NCBI RefSeq assembly: GCF_006345805.1
Contig: NW_021825970.1
Coordinates: 1 to 14,784 of the forward strand
Length of the DNA: 14,784 bases
DNA from: Octopus sinensis
Lineage: Eukaryota
Direction of reading: 5' to 3'
The position numbers and the translations under genes were made by a program. Every line of letters starts with the position of its first letter. The stretch's first letter is position 1. The notes under the pieces were generated by a model. It was not told the origin of the DNA, searched no databases, and saw only the letters and a list, made by a program, of their open reading frames with translations. This document shows, in pieces, positions 1 to 9,662 of this stretch.

Positions 1-18
1 AGTTTGACCCAGCGGCTT

Positions 19-19
<1 letters not shown>

Positions 20-64
<45 letters not shown>

Positions 65-118
65 GCTACTACTACTGCTACTGCTACTGCTACTGCTGCT
101 GTTGTTGTTGCTGCTGCT
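20..118. repeat. Compound trinucleotide microsatellite (CTA)n-(CTG/CTA)-(GTT)-(CTG)
   Basis: Read directly; a short (CAA)n follows at 232-250. Confidence 0.95.
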
Positions 119-400
119 TCTGACGAAGTATCTGGGATAAAGAATTACGATTTGTAGCCAGTTAAGAAGATAAGACATACGTAACCACCGCAGTGACGAC
201 ACACTCTTAATTTCGCCACTGGACAGTAACTACAACAACAACAACAACAATCCTGACCGCTACCACGGCTATCAGTCTTCGTTGAGACACGTTTAGTTAT
301 CACTGAAGGTGAATTGTTGGACCCCTGCTGCGCACCCATAAAAAGTTATTCAAGGACAATACATATACATTTATACATGTGTTATCTATAAACATTTTAT

Positions 401-477
401 ACACACACACACACACTCTCTGTCTCTCTCTCAGACAGACAGACAGACAGACACACACACACACACACACACAACAC

Positions 478-524
<47 letters not shown>

Positions 525-525
525 G
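401..525. repeat. Compound microsatellite (AC)n-(TC)n-(AGAC)n-(AC)n-(AT)n
   Basis: Read directly. Confidence 0.95.
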
Positions 526-639
526 TATGTTCATTTACACACCGGCGCACATGTGTACTTTTGAAAAAAGTTCACTTAGTAATTTTGTTTGATATACATG
601 TTTATAAATTACGGAGGATTATTTTGAAAGAAAACAGAA

Positions 640-1036
640 AATATTATTAAAGCGGCGAGTACAAGATTATTACAACATAAAATCTGTTGGCTGTGTGTCC
701 AGACATTCTCCTCAAAGCTCTTCTCATCATTACACGCGTACGCAAGTAACTGGACCCTGAAGTGCGAGGCTTGCTGAGTGGCTGTCGGTACACGCGCACT
801 GTGTCTGTGTGTGCGCCCCTGTGTCTGCGGCTGTGCTTATATGTTTGTGAGTGTGTTAGTGTTGTGTGCGCCTGTTTGAGTATTTGCTCCTCTACCAGTG
901 AGTGCAACTATTATAGTCAGCCTTTGTGCACGAGATTGTGTCTGTGTGTGCGCGCGTGTGTGTGCGTGAGTAAGTTTTACGGGCTTGCGCACAGGCTGCC
1001 GATTCTGAACACGTTGAGTGAGAAACAGCAGTTAGA
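640..1036 (+). promoter_or_regulatory. Probable 5' UTR / proximal promoter region of the aquaporin
   Basis: Repeat-poor, visibly CpG-richer stretch directly upstream of the ATG; a TATAAA at 603-608. The transcription start cannot be placed from sequence. Confidence 0.3.
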
Positions 1037-1684
1037 ATGACAGACGGCGATACAAACAGATCATCTTCGAAACATTTGGGAAACAAACAGCGTAGGAATT
1101 TCTTTTCTCTCAAAGAACTGTCGCAGTGTTTACAGGAAAGCATGAAATCTCAAATAGACGATGTACGGTCCACTATTTTCTGGAAAGCATTTCTTGCTGA
1201 AATTATTGGAACTTTCTTCCTCGTGTTTTTAATCATAGGTTCGTTGATGCACGATCCTAAGAAGGAAACAGGACCCGACCATTTGTATGTGGCCATTCTG
1301 GCCGGCTTCTTCATCGCCACCATCATTATGACATTTTTACATGTGAGCGGTGGACATGTGAACCCGGCGATCAGTATAGGCTTTCTGGTTACACGCCACA
1401 TAAGTTTGCTACGCTTCATCGCCTACTTGGCCGCTCAAATGCTCGGTTCAGTGGCCGGAGCATACATGCTGAAGGTGCTTTGTCCGGCAACCATGACCAG
1501 CACTCTGCATACGGTCAAACCCAACGTGGATATGTCCGACCTGCAGGCGCTAATTATGGAGTTTATCGTAACATTTTTCCTCTTGTTTGCTGCTTTCTCA
1601 ATGATTGACCACGGAAGAAAGGATGTCTCCGGATCGATCCCACTCGGAATTGGTATAATCGTCATCATCAATATTTTGGCTTGT
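1037..1684 (+). CDS. Aquaporin (MIP family), first coding exon: N-terminus, TM1-TM5, first NPA motif; gene continues beyond the window
   Basis: Translation shows MIP hallmarks: FWKAFLAEIIGTFFLVF (TM1 AEF-like box), HVSGGHVNPAISIG (NPA at 1361-1369), YLAAQMLGSVAGA (TM3), MEFIVTFFLLF (TM4), GSIPLGIGIIV (TM5). In-frame TGA at 1019-1021 upstream; ATG context AGAATGA. Homology stops at GCT TGT|GTAAGT (donor GT at 1685-1686, phase 0). The last 47 codons of the 263-aa ORF are intron read-through. Orthology is unresolved, so no symbol is given. Confidence 0.95.
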
Positions 1685-1690
1685 GTAAGT
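1685..1690 (+). other. 5' splice donor (GTAAGT), start of an intron that appears to run past the window end
   Basis: Consensus donor exactly at the end of MIP homology, on a codon boundary. No downstream NPAR-type exon found by eye. Confidence 0.88.
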
Positions 1691-1719
1691 ACAACCATCT
1701 TTATTCCCAACTCATACAT

Positions 1720-1799
1720 TTCTTCTTCTTCTTCTTCTTCTTCTTCTTCTTCTTCTTCTTCTTCTTCTTCTTCTTCTTCTTCTTCTTCTTCTTCTTCTT
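1720..1799. repeat. Pure (TTC)n tract, about 27 units
   Basis: Read directly; produces the poly-Ser/poly-Glu in the ORF track. Confidence 0.98.
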
Positions 1800-2320
1800 G
1801 TGCTAGTGGCTTTTCTATCAAATTCTAGTAAAGTTTTTGAAATAACTCTCCTGCGAAGCCCCATATCTCACGAGAAAGGAAAAGGGTGGATCTTTCCTTA
1901 TTTCTTTCTCATTTCTTCCTTTCTTTCTTTCCGTATTTTATTTATTTATTTGTTTATACTATTCCTGAGTTTCGCACGAACAGAATTAGAAAGAACCACC
2001 CGACACTCCACTTTCAATTTTTCTGTTTTACATTTTGGCCCTCGATCCTCGTTTCTCTGCAGAACTTCACCACATTTTCCCCCATGGCACATGGTCAAAT
2101 ATCCTGGCTGTTTTTGTTTTCACATTTTGCCGTACCACCCTCCTGCAATTCTGCGCTCTTTTTCTTCATCAAAATTCTTTTTGCCATAGCACATGGCCAC
2201 TTGTTTTGGGTCAGGGGTTACAGACCACCGAACAGGAGTTACACATTGCTATTATCAATGTGTCAGAGGATTGTTGAAACCATTAGAGCATTACTGTATT
2301 TAGTTATGGTCCTTTACGAT

Positions 2321-2383
2321 CGAGGTTCTAACCCTGCCGGGGTCAAACTTGTCTTTCATCTTTGTGGGGTTCGATAAAAAAAA
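2321..2383 (+). mobile_element. Degenerate fragment of SINE family B (B-box plus body)
   Basis: GGTTCTAACCCTGCCGGGGTCAAACTTGTCTTTCATCTTTGTGGGGTTCGATAAA aligns by eye with the intact copy at 12969-13201. Confidence 0.7.
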
Positions 2384-2847
2384 TGGTTTTAGTTCAAGTA
2401 TTTTGTAATGCGTCCTTGACATGAATGGAACTATAATAGCGGAAGAAAGGGAACCTGAATCTAAATCTAATAGCAGTTGAAAAGAAGGGGGGGGGATTCA
2501 TAAGCCTGTAGTCGTGGAATTTAATATCTGCGAAAGGGAGTCATATTGGCGCCAAACATCCCCTGCCCCCTAAAATAATTATAACCATAAGTTATTGTTA
2601 GAACATTGGAAAATAATCTCCTCTCTTCTCCCTTAAAAACCGATGAATATTATTTTTCTTTGTAAGGGGAAAAGGAGGCATAAAGTGGGTTCAATCGAAG
2701 CGCTCGGTTCTTATCGATCTGGGAAATATGCGAGAGGAATCTGATTGTAATGTAATTCAAGGCAGAGATCTGTGGATTGGTAGCAAGGAATGTAGTTCCA
2801 TGTGTTGAATCGTGGAATCGCTTCAGAATTGGCTTGCTTCTGCCTGG

Positions 2848-3068
<221 letters not shown>

Positions 3069-3287
3069 ATGCGCATACACACACGCGTATATGTTTATAT
3101 ATGCCCCCCATTCACAAGTGATTCAGCTTGTATATATACAAACTGAAGAAGGTATGTAATTAAAATGAGAAAATTAAGGGACCAGTTTGGTAAACACAAT
3201 AAAATAATTATTACAGACGAGAGAAAATTAAATTAAACCTATGATCTGTGATTATCTAATAACCACATGAGTTCACATTAATTACAC

Positions 3288-3288
<1 letters not shown>

Positions 3289-3348
<60 letters not shown>

Positions 3349-3358
3349 TATTATTATT
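3289..3358. repeat. (TTA)n microsatellite abutting a SINE 5' end
   Basis: Read directly. Confidence 0.97.
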
Positions 3359-3775
3359 AAGGTGGCTAGCTAGCAGAAACGTTAGCATGCCGGGCGAAAT
3401 ACTCGGCGGTATTTCGTCTGCCGTTACGTTCTGAGTTCAAATTCCGCCGAGGTCGACTTTGCCTTTCATTCTTTCGGGGTCGATAAATTAAGTATCAGTT
3501 GCGCACTGGGGTCGATATAATCAACTTAATCCGTTTTTCCTTGTTTGTCTCTCCTCTGTGTTTAGCCCCTTGTGGGTAGTAAAGAAATAGGTATTTCGTC
3601 TGTCTTTATGTCCTGGGTTCATATTCTACCGAGCTTAAATTTACCTTTAACCCTCTCAAGGTCGATAAAATAAGTATCAGTCATGTCCTGGGGTCGGTGC
3701 AATCGACTACCCCCCCCCCGCTTCACCGAAATTGCTGGCCTTGTGCCTATAGAAGAAAGGGTTACGAAAAATATT
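3359..3775 (+). mobile_element. tRNA-derived SINE family B: full monomer (3359-3590) followed by a headless, more diverged second monomer (3591-3775)
   Basis: A-box-like TAGCAGAAACGTTAG, B-box-like GAGTTCAAATTCC; closely similar to 12969-13201. The second unit restarts at GTATTTCGTCTG and has a different 3' tail. Confidence 0.9.
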
Positions 3776-4094
3776 TTTACTTGAAAAATTGTAAAACTGA
3801 ATTTTTATTTTTCATGAATATCGGTTAGAATTAAAGTAGGATTAGAACTAAAAATTAGGTATTCATTGCCAGTTTTCACGTTGCTTCCATCCACACACAG
3901 CGACACACCTACGCAGAGAGCCACACCCATGTAGAGACACACCTCCACCCAGGCTGTGTTTATTCGTCGTTCATTGAAACACACCGTTAATCCGTGTATT
4001 TGATCTTGTTAAACTCCTTCCATGTGATAACAAAATATGTTGCTGATACAGACAGAATGTGTGAAATACAATGGGCGGGGGTTAACCCATCACA

Positions 4095-4253
4095 GTTAAC
4101 CGTGGCTGGTATTTTATTTTATCGACCCTTGAAGAATTTTATTTTTAAAAAATGCTACTTCGGCAGCATTTAAACTCATAATGAAAAGAACCGGCAGAAA
4201 TACCTACAAAGCATTTTGTTCGACGCTCTAGCGATTCTCCCAACCTGCCACCC
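4095..4253 (-). mobile_element. Old, degenerate family B-related SINE
   Basis: Reverse complement gives AAGGGTGGCAGG...GAATCGCTAGAGCGTCGAACAAAATGC...GAGTTTAAAT...GGGTCGATAAAATAAAATACCAG. Confidence 0.65.
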
Positions 4254-4324
4254 TTATTGATCGTTTCTGGTTTAGGTAAAAAGCCAAAGATTTTTTAAGG
4301 GAGAGATGGTAATATATATATTAT

Positions 4325-4490
4325 CTACTCAGGTATATATCTGGTACTTTAGTTTGCCCTGAAAGGATGTAAAGAAAAGTTTGTTTTGGTGGGGTTCGAA
4401 CTCAGAACGCAAATAGTTGAAACAATTACCACGAGGTGTTTTTTTTCTTCTCCTGACGCTCTAGCGACAGAGGTCAACCTGCCACCTTCC
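4325..4490 (-). mobile_element. Old, degenerate family B-related SINE
   Basis: Reverse complement gives AAGGTGGCAGG...GCTAGAGCGTC...GCGTTCTGAGTTCGAACCCCACC...TTTACATCCTTTCAGGG...AAGTACCAG. Confidence 0.65.
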
Positions 4491-4920
4491 TTTCTTTATA
4501 AATATAAAACCTTTTGAGTAAACATTTTGTTTACTTTCCACAACGAGGCTAAAACTGCATGTTCGTTTCAAAATGTCTACTTTACAAGCATTTTCTCTCT
4601 CTAAGCAGTTTGTGTATATGTGTGTGTGCGCGCGCGCAGCATACACGCACGCATTTTTACAACCTGAGCACAAATTCAAATGAACACAAACTGTTAACCT
4701 AAAGCAACGCGTTTCGACCATTTTTTAAAAAAATCTCTGAACCCGTTTGGTTCCCGTGTTTTAAAAAAAACTTATATTTTTATAATTAAATATTATTTAA
4801 AAAGTTGTTAAAATAGTTTGTGTATTTTAGAAGTATAACTAATTTATTCTTCTCAATTAGTTTCACAGCTAAATCTTAGATAGCCCCTTAAGGATCACGG
4901 CGACTCAATTGGAACCACTG

Positions 4921-5040
4921 AATACATACATACATACATACATACATACATACATACATACATACATACATACATACATACGTATGTATGTATTTATGTA
5001 TACACACACACACACGCGCGCACACACAGGCGCACACACT
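4921..5040. repeat. (TACA)n followed by (AC)n/(GC)n compound microsatellite
   Basis: Read directly. Confidence 0.93.
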
Positions 5041-5402
5041 ACGCGTGTGTAGGTGTGTGGTCTGGTGGTTAGAGTTGTTCGATTTACCATAGTTTCGATT
5101 CCTGAATTAGTCGGTGCGTAGGGTCCTTCAGCCCTAGACCCTTCATTTCACCTTACTATCGTCACCTCGACAGCAATTAATACCAACCGGCAACTAGTGT
5201 AGCTGTCCCATTCTCGATGCTCCACCGAGTCGAGGCTGGGAGGGCCGAGCGAGAGAGTCTAGGCCTGCTCGTGACTATACAGGCACCTAAGATAATGGGC
5301 GAAACCATGGTACAGGCTCCCAGATCGTAATCTTTTGTGGGTGACAGCTGTGAGGGTTTTTCTGAGTTTTAAATAATTTTTGTGCTCCAAAATAAACGGG
5401 CA

Positions 5403-5570
5403 CGTCTGTGTGATAAGAAGCTTGCTTCTTGACCACGTGATTCCGGGTCCAATCCCACTGAGTGGAGCCTTGGGCCAGCACTTTCTTCTATAGCCCGGGC
5501 CGGCCAAGGCCTTGTCAGTGGACTTAGTAAAAGAAAAATAAAAGAAACCCGCCGTATCTATATATATATA
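5403..5570 (+). mobile_element. Degenerate 5' half of SINE family A (CORE-like)
   Basis: TGTGTGATAAGAAGCTTGCTT...GGTCCAATCCCACTGAGTGGAGCCTTGGGC...AAGGCCTTGTCAGTGGA aligns with the copies at 8308 and 10209. Confidence 0.8.
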
Positions 5571-5787
5571 CATATTCTTTTATTCTGTTTTATTTTTTTT
5601 ATTTGTATTGATTGTAAAGAATAAAAAGTTTTGATTATAGCAGCGACTCCATCTAAGAATATCTGAAGAAGGAATATTATTCCAAGATATCATATCAGAC
5701 TATGGATAACTAAATTACAATAGGTATATAGCCCATTGTCTGTATTATAGTGCATTGTTGTACCATTCAAAACCTTTTTATTCTTTC

Positions 5788-5820
<33 letters not shown>

Positions 5821-5904
5821 GTAAATACACATACAGTTCTGCTACTTTCTGTTTAACTCGTTAACCGCTACCGAAACATGATGACCGAACAAGTAAGAAT
5901 ATGA

Positions 5905-5995
5905 AAGAAAGAAAGAATGAAAGAAAGAAAGGAAGGAAGTAACAAGGAAAGAAAGAAGGAAAGAAAATAAGGAAGGAAGAAAGAAACGAAGAAAG
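5905..5995. repeat. Degenerate (GAAA/GGAA)n polypurine tract
   Basis: Read directly; (TA)n at about 5788-5810 and (GT)n at 6033-6060 and 6117-6142 lie nearby. Confidence 0.85.
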
Positions 5996-6569
5996 GCAAA
6001 CTGGATGTGTAATGCCGTTAACTAAACAGATACGTGTGTGTGTGTGTATGTGTGTGTGTTTTGCATAATTGCATTTCACACCGGTGAAGTGCAGTTTTCT
6101 TTCCCTCCTTTTCTGCATGTGTGTGTGTGTGTGTGTGTGTGTCGTCGATAATAGAAATATGAGTCTAGAGGTATGCCACACCCGTTCAAAGCGGTTAATA
6201 TTAAATTACTTGCTTATTTATTTTTGTTCGTTTTTTCAGGGGGCAAATCCCAAACTCAGTTAGGTACTCAGATGTCGCTGGCATCCCATTTTCGTCGATT
6301 AACTCAAATGAGAGGGGTGGGGGAGAGAAGGGGAGGAGGGGATAGATGTGTATATCGATTGATAATCATCTCTTAATTTTGACTACGTTGACGTTGTGAT
6401 GTTAATGCAGTTCCCAGTGAGGTCTGTCAGAAAGGAAGTGGCATCAATTGGCACACATGTCCGTGGCCCGAGAGCCAAGGAGAAACTAGTGGGTCCCTGA
6501 TTCATCGAGCTTTCAAACAAATATTTTGAAAAGAAAGAGAGAAAGAAAGAGCCCTCGTAATCCATTCAT

Positions 6570-6860
6570 ATTTTGTTTCAGAGCCCCTTCCCTCTACTGA
6601 AACCCAGTAACACCCTCAAAACTTCATTGCATTTTCTGAGCCCTTTTTCTTTATTGGAGTCTAACAGCACCCTTGCAATTCCTTTACAATTTGTGAGAAT
6701 CCCCCTCTGCCAGAGTGCAACAGCACCCTCGCAACCCCCTTACATTATTATACTCCTATTAGAGTTCAAATCACCCATACAACCCTTTTCATTTTGTGAG
6801 AGCCCCTCTCCTTCTATCCGGGTTCAAACACATCCTCGCAGTCCCCGTACATTTTCTATA
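6570..6860. repeat. Degenerate ~57-bp minisatellite, about 5 units
   Basis: The motif CACCCT/CACCCA/CATCCT recurs at 6611, 6668, 6724, 6772 and 6831 (spacing 57, 56, 48, 59), preceded by ATTTTGTGAG-like and (A/G)GAGTTCAA-like words. Confidence 0.7.
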
Positions 6861-7507
6861 CAGTGACTTGAAATCACATCCAATCTCGTTCCCTCTTCCT
6901 CCATTTTGCACCCCATCTCTTCCGTTTCCAGGCCCCACACTTAACAACACTAGACTTAATCCTTCTTTCTCCTCATTCCTTCGGAATTTCCTGTTTATCC
7001 CCCATCCCATTCCAGTATTTTACCAATAATCCGTTAGTAATAGTGAAAGGGCAAGGAGAGGTGCCACAATAAACCCCCAATATGGTACGATAATATCGTA
7101 CATTAACAACCTGTAATGCACCACTGAAGCTGCGTATTACAAAACGTGGCAACATTATTTCTCAGATGTTGGTCTTTGTTAAAACTGACCTGTTGAGAAA
7201 AACACGTGTAATATTCAGCCTCGTTTTGAAATATGTTGATTTGTGTAAGTGTGTTTGTCTTCCCCCTTTCTTTCTCCCCCTCTTTCACTTTCTATCCGTA
7301 CTCTGTGTGCGCGCGTTTATATATGTGTGTGTGTATGTGTATGTCTACGTATAATTCTATAAATTGTTATTATTCCAAACAAGTGGAGAACACGAGAAAT
7401 AAATGTTCAGAGAACGCCTTACAGATCAAGTGCATTCCTATTTTTAAATCTAATTAAATTCCAATTAATTTTAATATATTCAGTGTGCATTTTCAACTTT
7501 ATTTCTT

Positions 7508-7630
7508 ACACACACACACACACACACACACATACACACACACACACACGCTCACACACACACACGCTCACACACACATACATACATATATACATATACA
7601 TGAATATATAATATATATATATATATATAA
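7508..7630. repeat. (AC)n-(TA)n compound microsatellite
   Basis: Read directly. Confidence 0.95.
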
Positions 7631-7766
7631 ATTTTAAATGAGGGGGAGAAATTAGATATTAATTTATTAACATCGATTTCACACCAGTGGTCTAGCATAA
7701 AAAAAAACTGAAGGTTCAGTAAAATTGTATTATATACATATTAGAGGGAAACCACTATGTGAACAC

Positions 7767-7845
<79 letters not shown>

Positions 7846-7847
<2 letters not shown>

Positions 7848-8270
7848 CACCGGAGCGGCTGTGTGGTAAGTAGCTTGCTTACCAACCACATGGTTCCGAT
7901 TTCAGTCGGTTCCGATTGCAGTTTTCTTTCCTCTGAGTGACACCTTGGGCAAGTGTTTTCTACTAAAACCTCGGACCGACCAAGGCCTTGTGAGTGGATT
8001 TAGTTGACGGAAACTGAAAGAAGCCTGTCGTATATATATATTTATGTGTGTGTTGTTTGTGTCTGTGTTTGTCGCTCCCACCCCACCAACATCGCTTGAC
8101 AACCGATGCTGGTGTGTTTACGTCCCGTAACTTAGCAGTTCGGCAAAAGAGACCGATAGAATAAGTGCTACGCTTCCAAAAAGTAAGTCCTGGGGTCGAT
8201 TTCTTCGACTAAAGGCGGTGCTCCACCATGGCCGTAATCAAATGACTGAAACAAGTAAAAGAATAAAGAA
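7846..8270 (+). mobile_element. SINE family A (tRNA head, CORE-like segment, internal TA/TG tract, GTAAAAGA tail), variant with a duplicated B-box region
   Basis: A-box-like GGCTGTGTGGTAAG; GACACCTTGGGCAAGTG resembles the start of the MIR/CORE domain (TGACCTTGGGCAAGT). Octopus OR2 is a known CORE-SINE; assignment to it is from memory. Confidence 0.9.
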
Positions 8271-8307
8271 TATATATATAAACGAATAAAGAATATATAT
8301 ATATATT

Positions 8308-8700
8308 GTGGCTGTGTGGTAAGTACTTGTCTGCCAACCACATGGTTCCGGGTTCAGTCCCACTGCGTGGCACCTTGGGCAAGTGTCTTCTACTATAGCC
8401 TCGGGCCGACCAAAGCCTTGTGAGTGGATTTGGTAGACGGAAACTGAAAGAAGCCCGTTGTATATATGTATATATACGTATGCGGTGTGTGTTTGTTGTG
8501 TCTGTGTTTGTCCCCTAGCATTGCTTGACAACCGATGCTGGTGTGTTTTGTCCCCGTTACTTAACGGTTCGGCAAAAGAGACCGATAGAATAAGTACTGG
8601 GCTTACAAAAGAATAAGTCTCGGTCGAGTTGCTCGACTAAGGCGGTGCTCCAGCATGGCCGCAGTCAAATGACTGAAACAAGTAAAAGAGAGAAAAAGAG
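8308..8700 (+). mobile_element. SINE family A, near full length
   Basis: A-box-like GGCTGTGTGGTAAG, B-box-like GGTTCAGTCCC, CORE-like CACCTTGGGCAAGTG, tail GTAAAAGAGAGAAAAAGAG. Confidence 0.92.
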
Positions 8701-8738
8701 TATATATATATATATATAGATATATATATATATATATA

Positions 8739-8794
<56 letters not shown>

Positions 8795-8803
8795 ATATAT
8801 ATA

Positions 8804-9227
8804 GGCACCGGAGCGGCTGTGTGGTAAGTAGCTTGCTTACAACCACATGGTTCCGATTTCAGTCGGTTCCGATTGCAGTTTTCTTTCCTCGAGTGACACC
8901 TTGGGCAAGTGTTTTCTACTAAAACCTCGGACCGACCAAGGCCTTGTGAGTGGATTTAGTTGACGGAAACTGAAAGAAGCCTGTCGTATATATATATTTA
9001 TGTGTGTGTTTGTGTGTCTGTGTTTGTCGCTCCCACCCCACCAACATCGCTTGACAACCGATGCTGGTGTGTTTACGTTCCCGTAACTTAGCAGTTCGGC
9101 AAAAGAGACCGATAGAATAAGTGCTACGCTTCCAAAAAGTAAGTCCTGGGGTCGATTTCTTCGACTAAAGGCGGTGCTCCACCATGGCCGTAATCAAATG
9201 ACTGAAACAAGTAAAAGAATAAAAGAA
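8804..9227 (+). mobile_element. SINE family A variant, second copy of 7846-8270
   Basis: Near-identical to 7846-8270. Confidence 0.9.
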
Positions 9228-9264
9228 TATATATATAAACGAATAAAGAATATATATATATATT

Positions 9265-9662
9265 GTGGCTGTGTGGTAAGTAGCTTGTCTGCCAACCACA
9301 TGGTTCCGGGTTCAGTCCCACTGCGTGGCACCTTGGGCAAGTGTCTTCTACTATAGCCTCGGGCCGACCAAAGCCTTGTGAGTGGATTTGGTAGACGGAA
9401 ACTGAAAGAAGCCCGTTGTATATATGTATATATACGTATGCGTGTGTGTGTTTGTGTGTCTGTGTTTGTCCCCTAGCATTGCTTGACAACCGATGCTGGT
9501 GTGTTTATGTCCCCGTTACTTAACGGTTCGGCAAAAGAGACCGATAGAATAAGTACTGGGCTTACAAAAGAATAAGTCTCGGGGTCGAGTTGCTCGACTA
9601 AAGGCGGTGCTCCAGCATGGCCGCAGTCAAATGACTGAAACAAGTAAAAGAGAGAAAAAGAG
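9265..9662 (+). mobile_element. SINE family A, second copy of 8308-8700
   Basis: Near-identical to 8308-8700. Confidence 0.92.

Noticed and set aside
1-340. Low-complexity ORFs around the trinucleotide repeats (poly-T/V/S/Q-like)
   Set aside because: Fully explained by microsatellites; no recognisable domain or consistent exon structure.
1150-1821. Minus-strand ORFs of 89 aa and 128 aa
   Set aside because: Antisense shadows of the aquaporin exon and the (GAA)n repeat.
1685-1828. Poly-Ser C-terminus of the 263-aa ORF as the normal protein end
   Set aside because: It is a (TTC)n microsatellite downstream of a consensus donor; MIP homology ends at the donor.
2082-2199. 16-bp near-repeat CCAT(G/A)GCACATGG(T/C)CA containing an E-box
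   Set aside because: Only two copies at 14/16 identity; cannot be distinguished from chance or a small local duplication.
2052-2377. Phase-0 acceptor TTTCTCTGCAG (ends 2062) leading in frame into an ORF containing HLFWVRG and an NPA (2330-2338), as a candidate aquaporin exon 2
   Set aside because: The motifs are in the wrong order, there is no G.S.NPAR context, and the NPA comes from the B-box of a SINE fragment.
4700-4745. Minus-strand CGAAACGCGTT resembling a Penelope-type hammerhead stem III
   Set aside because: No CTGANGA core upstream on that strand.
5655-5700. CTGAAGA followed by a GGAAT/ATTCC hairpin, hammerhead-like
   Set aside because: The required GAAA and a compatible stem I/III are missing; at best a decayed Penelope-like end.
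6225-6263. Strong acceptor-like TTTTTTCAG followed by GANPKLS*
   Set aside because: Stops after 7 codons and does not match the expected xxTGxSxNPARS exon.
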